A DNA stretch of 64,000 nucleotides from the human T2T-CHM13v2.0 reference genome, Homo sapiens, in assembly GCF_009914755.1 (NCBI RefSeq), contig NC_060937.1. The stretch is one strand, 5' to 3'. The translations under genes were made by a program, and so were the position numbers. The notes below the pieces were generated by a model. The model was not told where the DNA came from, searched no databases, and saw only the letters and a list, made by a program, of their open reading frames with translations. Of the stretch, positions 60,801 through 64,000 are shown one piece after another (the stretch's first letter is position 1; each line of letters begins with the position of its first letter).

Positions 60801-63800
60801 AGTACATCAAATATATATTTTATTCTGTACATAAAATATCAAAGTACACCAAATATATATTCTATAGTGTACATAAAATATGAAAGTACCCAAACTATAC
60901 ATTATATACTGTACATAAAATATGAAATTACATCAAATATATATTATATTAGGTACATAAAATATGAAAGTACATCAAATATAGATTATATACTGTACAT
61001 AAAATACCAAAGTACCCCAAATACATATTATATACTGTACATGAAATATCAAAGTTCACAAACTATATATTATATACTGTACATAAAATATCAAAGTACC
61101 CAAGGTATATATTCTATACTGTACAAAAAATATCAAAGTACCCAAAGCAAGTATTATATACTGTACATAAAATATGAAAGTACATCAAACATATATTTTA
61201 TTCTGTACATAAAATATCAAAGTACACCAAATATATATTCTATAGTGTACATAAAATATCAAAGTACCCAAAGTATACATTATATACTGTACATAAAATA
61301 TGAAATTACATCAAATATATATTACATTAGGTACATAAAATATGAAAGTACATCAAATATAGATTATATACTGTACATAAAATATCAAAGTACCCCAAAT
61401 ATATATTATATACTGTACATGAAATATCAAAGTTCACAAACTATATATTATATACTGTACATAAAATATCAAAGTACCCACGGTATATATTCTATACTGT
61501 ACAAAATATATCAAAGTACCCAAAGCATGTATTATATACTGTACATAAAATATGAAAGTACATCAAATAAATAGTTTATTCTGTACATAAAATATCAAAG
61601 TACACCAAATATATATTCTATAGTGTACATAAAATATCAAAGTACCCAAACTATACATTATAAACTGTAGATAAAATATGAAATTACATCAAATATATAC
61701 TATATTATGTACATAAAATATGAAAGTACATCAAATATAGATTATATACTCTACATAAAATACCAAAGTACCCCAAATAAATATTTTATACTGTACGTGC
61801 AATATCAAAGTTCACAAACTATATATTATATACTGTACATAAAATATCAAAGTACCGAAGGTATATATTCTATACTGTACAAAAAATATCAAAGTACGCA
61901 AAGCATGTATTATATACTGTACATAAAATATGAAAGTACATCAAATATATATTTTATTCTGTACATAAAATATCAAAGTACACCAAATATATATTCTGTA
62001 GTGTACATAAAATATCAAAGTACCCAAACTATACATTATATACTGTACATAAAATATGAAATTACATCAAATATATATTAAAATAGGTACATAAAATATG
62101 AAAGTACATCAAATATAAATTATATACTGTACATAAAATACCAAAGAACCCCAAATATATATTATATACTGTAAATGAAATATCAGAGTTCACAAACTAT
62201 ATATTATATACTGTATATAAAATATCAAAGTACCCAAGGTATATATTCTGTACTGTATAAAAAATATCAAAGTACCCAAATCATGTATTATATACTGTTC
62301 ATAAAATATGAAAGTACATCAAATATGTATTTTATTCTGTACATAAAATATCAAAGTACACCAAATATATATTCTATAGTGTACATAAAATATCAAAGTA
62401 CCCAAACTATACATTATATACTGTACATAAAATATGAAATTACATCAAATATATATTATATTAGGTACATAAAATATGAAAGTACATCAAATATAGATTA
62501 TATACTGTACATAAAATACCAAAGAACCCCAAATATATATTATATACTGTACATGAAATATCAAAGTTCACAAACTATATATTATATACTGTACATAAAA
62601 TATCAAAGTACCGAAAATATATATTCTATACTGTACAAAAAATATCAAAGTACCCAAAGCATGTATTATATACTGTACATAAAATATGAAAGTACATCAA
62701 ATATATATTTTATTCTGTACATAAAATATCAAAGTACACCAAATATATATTCTATAGTGTACATAAAATATCAAAGTACCCAAACTATACATTACATACT
62801 GTACATAAAATATGAAATTACATCAAATATATATTATATTAGGTACATAAAATATGAAAGTACATCAAATATAAATTATATACAGTACATAAAATACCAA
62901 AGAACCCCAAATATATATTATGTACTCTACATGAAATATCAAAGTTCACAAACTATATATTATATACTGTACATAAAACATCAAAGTACCCAAGGTATAT
63001 ATTCTATACTCTACAAAAAATATCAAAGTACCCAAAGCATGTATTATATACTGTACATAAAATATGAAAGTACATCAAATATACATTTAATTCTGTACAT
63101 AAAATATCAAAGTACACCAAATATATATTCTTTAGAGTACATAAAATATCAAAGTACCCAAACTATACATTATATACTGTACATAAAATATGAAATTACA
63201 TCAAATATATATTACATTAGGTACATAAAATATGAAAGTACATCAAATGTAGATTATATACGGTACATAAAATACCAAAGTACACCAAATATATGTTATA
63301 TACTGTACATGCAATATCAAATTTCACAAACTATATATTATATACTGTACATAAAATATCAAAGTACCCAATGTATATATTCTATACTGTACAAAAAATA
63401 TCAAAGTACCCAAAGCATGTATTATATACTGTACATAAAATATGAAAGTACATCAAATATATATTTTATTCTGTACATAAAATATCAAAGTACACTAAAT
63501 ATATATTCTATAGTGTACATAAAATATCAAAGTACCCAAACTATACATTATATACTGTACATAAAATATGAAATTACATCAAATATATATTATATTAGGT
63601 ACATAAAATATGAAAGTACATCAAATATAGATTATATACTGTACATAAAATACCAAAGTACCCCAAATACATATTATATACTGTGCATGAAATATCAAAG
63701 TTCACAAACGATATATTATATACTGTACATAAAATATCAAAGTACCGAAGGTATATATTCTATACTGTACAAAAAATATCAAAGTACCCAAAGCATGTAT

Positions 63801-64000
63801 TATATACTCTTCATAAAATATGAAAGTACATCAAATATATATTTTATTCTGTACATAAAATATCAAAGTACACCAAATATATATTCTACAGTGTACATCA
63901 AATATCAAACTACCCAAACTATACATTATATACTGTACATAAAATATGAAATTACATCAAATATATATTATATTAGGTACATAAAATATGAAATTACATC
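51871..64000 (+). repeat. Right domain: canonical 378-bp 9-mer HOR, more diverged
   Basis: Unit starts at 51973, 52351, 52729, 53107, 53485, 53863 and 54241 (378-bp steps). TCTATAGTG and AGCATGTAT return, and the 41-bp monomer and the other fixed 14-mer markers are lost. Confidence 0.93.

Larger units (their letters stand above)
1..64000 (+). repeat. Satellite I / HSat1A (SAR) 42-bp tandem satellite array, continuing beyond both window ends
   Basis: Continuous 42-bp monomers with alternating 17-bp (ACATAAAATATC/GAAAGT) and 25-bp (ACCCAAA..ATATATTATATACTGT) parts delimited by GTAC. This matches the established Satellite I RsaI 17/25-bp structure. One orientation throughout; no unique sequence seen. 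Confidence 0.96.

Noticed and set aside
23-62081. Long + strand ORFs (up to 638 aa) of 14-aa Y/I/K/S-rich repeats
   Set aside because: The 42-bp monomer is a multiple of 3 and one frame lacks stops by composition. ORFs break at random SNVs and indels, with no sign of selection, unique domains or gene structure.
1-64000. CRISPR-like alternation of a conserved 17-bp part and a variable 25-bp part
   Set aside because: The variable parts are homologous to each other and recur periodically, so they are not unique spacers. No cas genes or leader are present.
1-64000. TATA-like motifs and short palindromes (TGTACA, TATATA) as promoters, terminators or cruciforms
   Set aside because: These occur in every monomer as a result of composition. 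No long perfect inverted repeat or site-specific signal was seen.
1-64000. Inversion, Alu/L1 insertion, HSat1B or alpha satellite
   Set aside because: No strand switch or non-42-bp sequence was noticed. There are no Alu fragments, 171-bp monomers or CENP-B boxes.
1-64000. Assignment to a specific chromosome or species
   Set aside because: HSat1A occurs on several human chromosomes and in related apes, and the window has no unique anchor. Alignment would be required.

Overview
The whole 64-kb window is one uninterrupted, single-orientation AT-rich tandem satellite. The monomer is 42 bp (consensus about ACATAAAATATCAAAGT-ACCCAAACTATATATTATATACTGT, about 21% GC, no CpG, GTAC sites cutting it into 17+25 bp). 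This matches human/hominid classical Satellite I (HSat1A, RepeatMasker SAR). I see no credible genes, RNA genes, transposons or CRISPR arrays. The ORFs arise because 42 is divisible by 3 and one + frame of the consensus has no stop; I use their translations only as shorthand for monomer types. The interest is in the higher-order organisation. The canonical 378-bp 9-mer higher-order repeat (HOR) occupies about 1-7.7 kb and 51.9-64 kb. Between them lies an approximately 44-kb block of a derived 587-bp 14-mer HOR (two 9-mers minus 4 monomers minus 1 bp). That block contains a 2-kb island of a distinct 9-mer variant, an 18+14-mer 1342-bp super-repeat, several deletion-derived HORs (5-, 6-, 13-, 24- and 26-mers) and kb-scale duplications. 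All periods were counted by hand from coordinates and junction positions are approximate.
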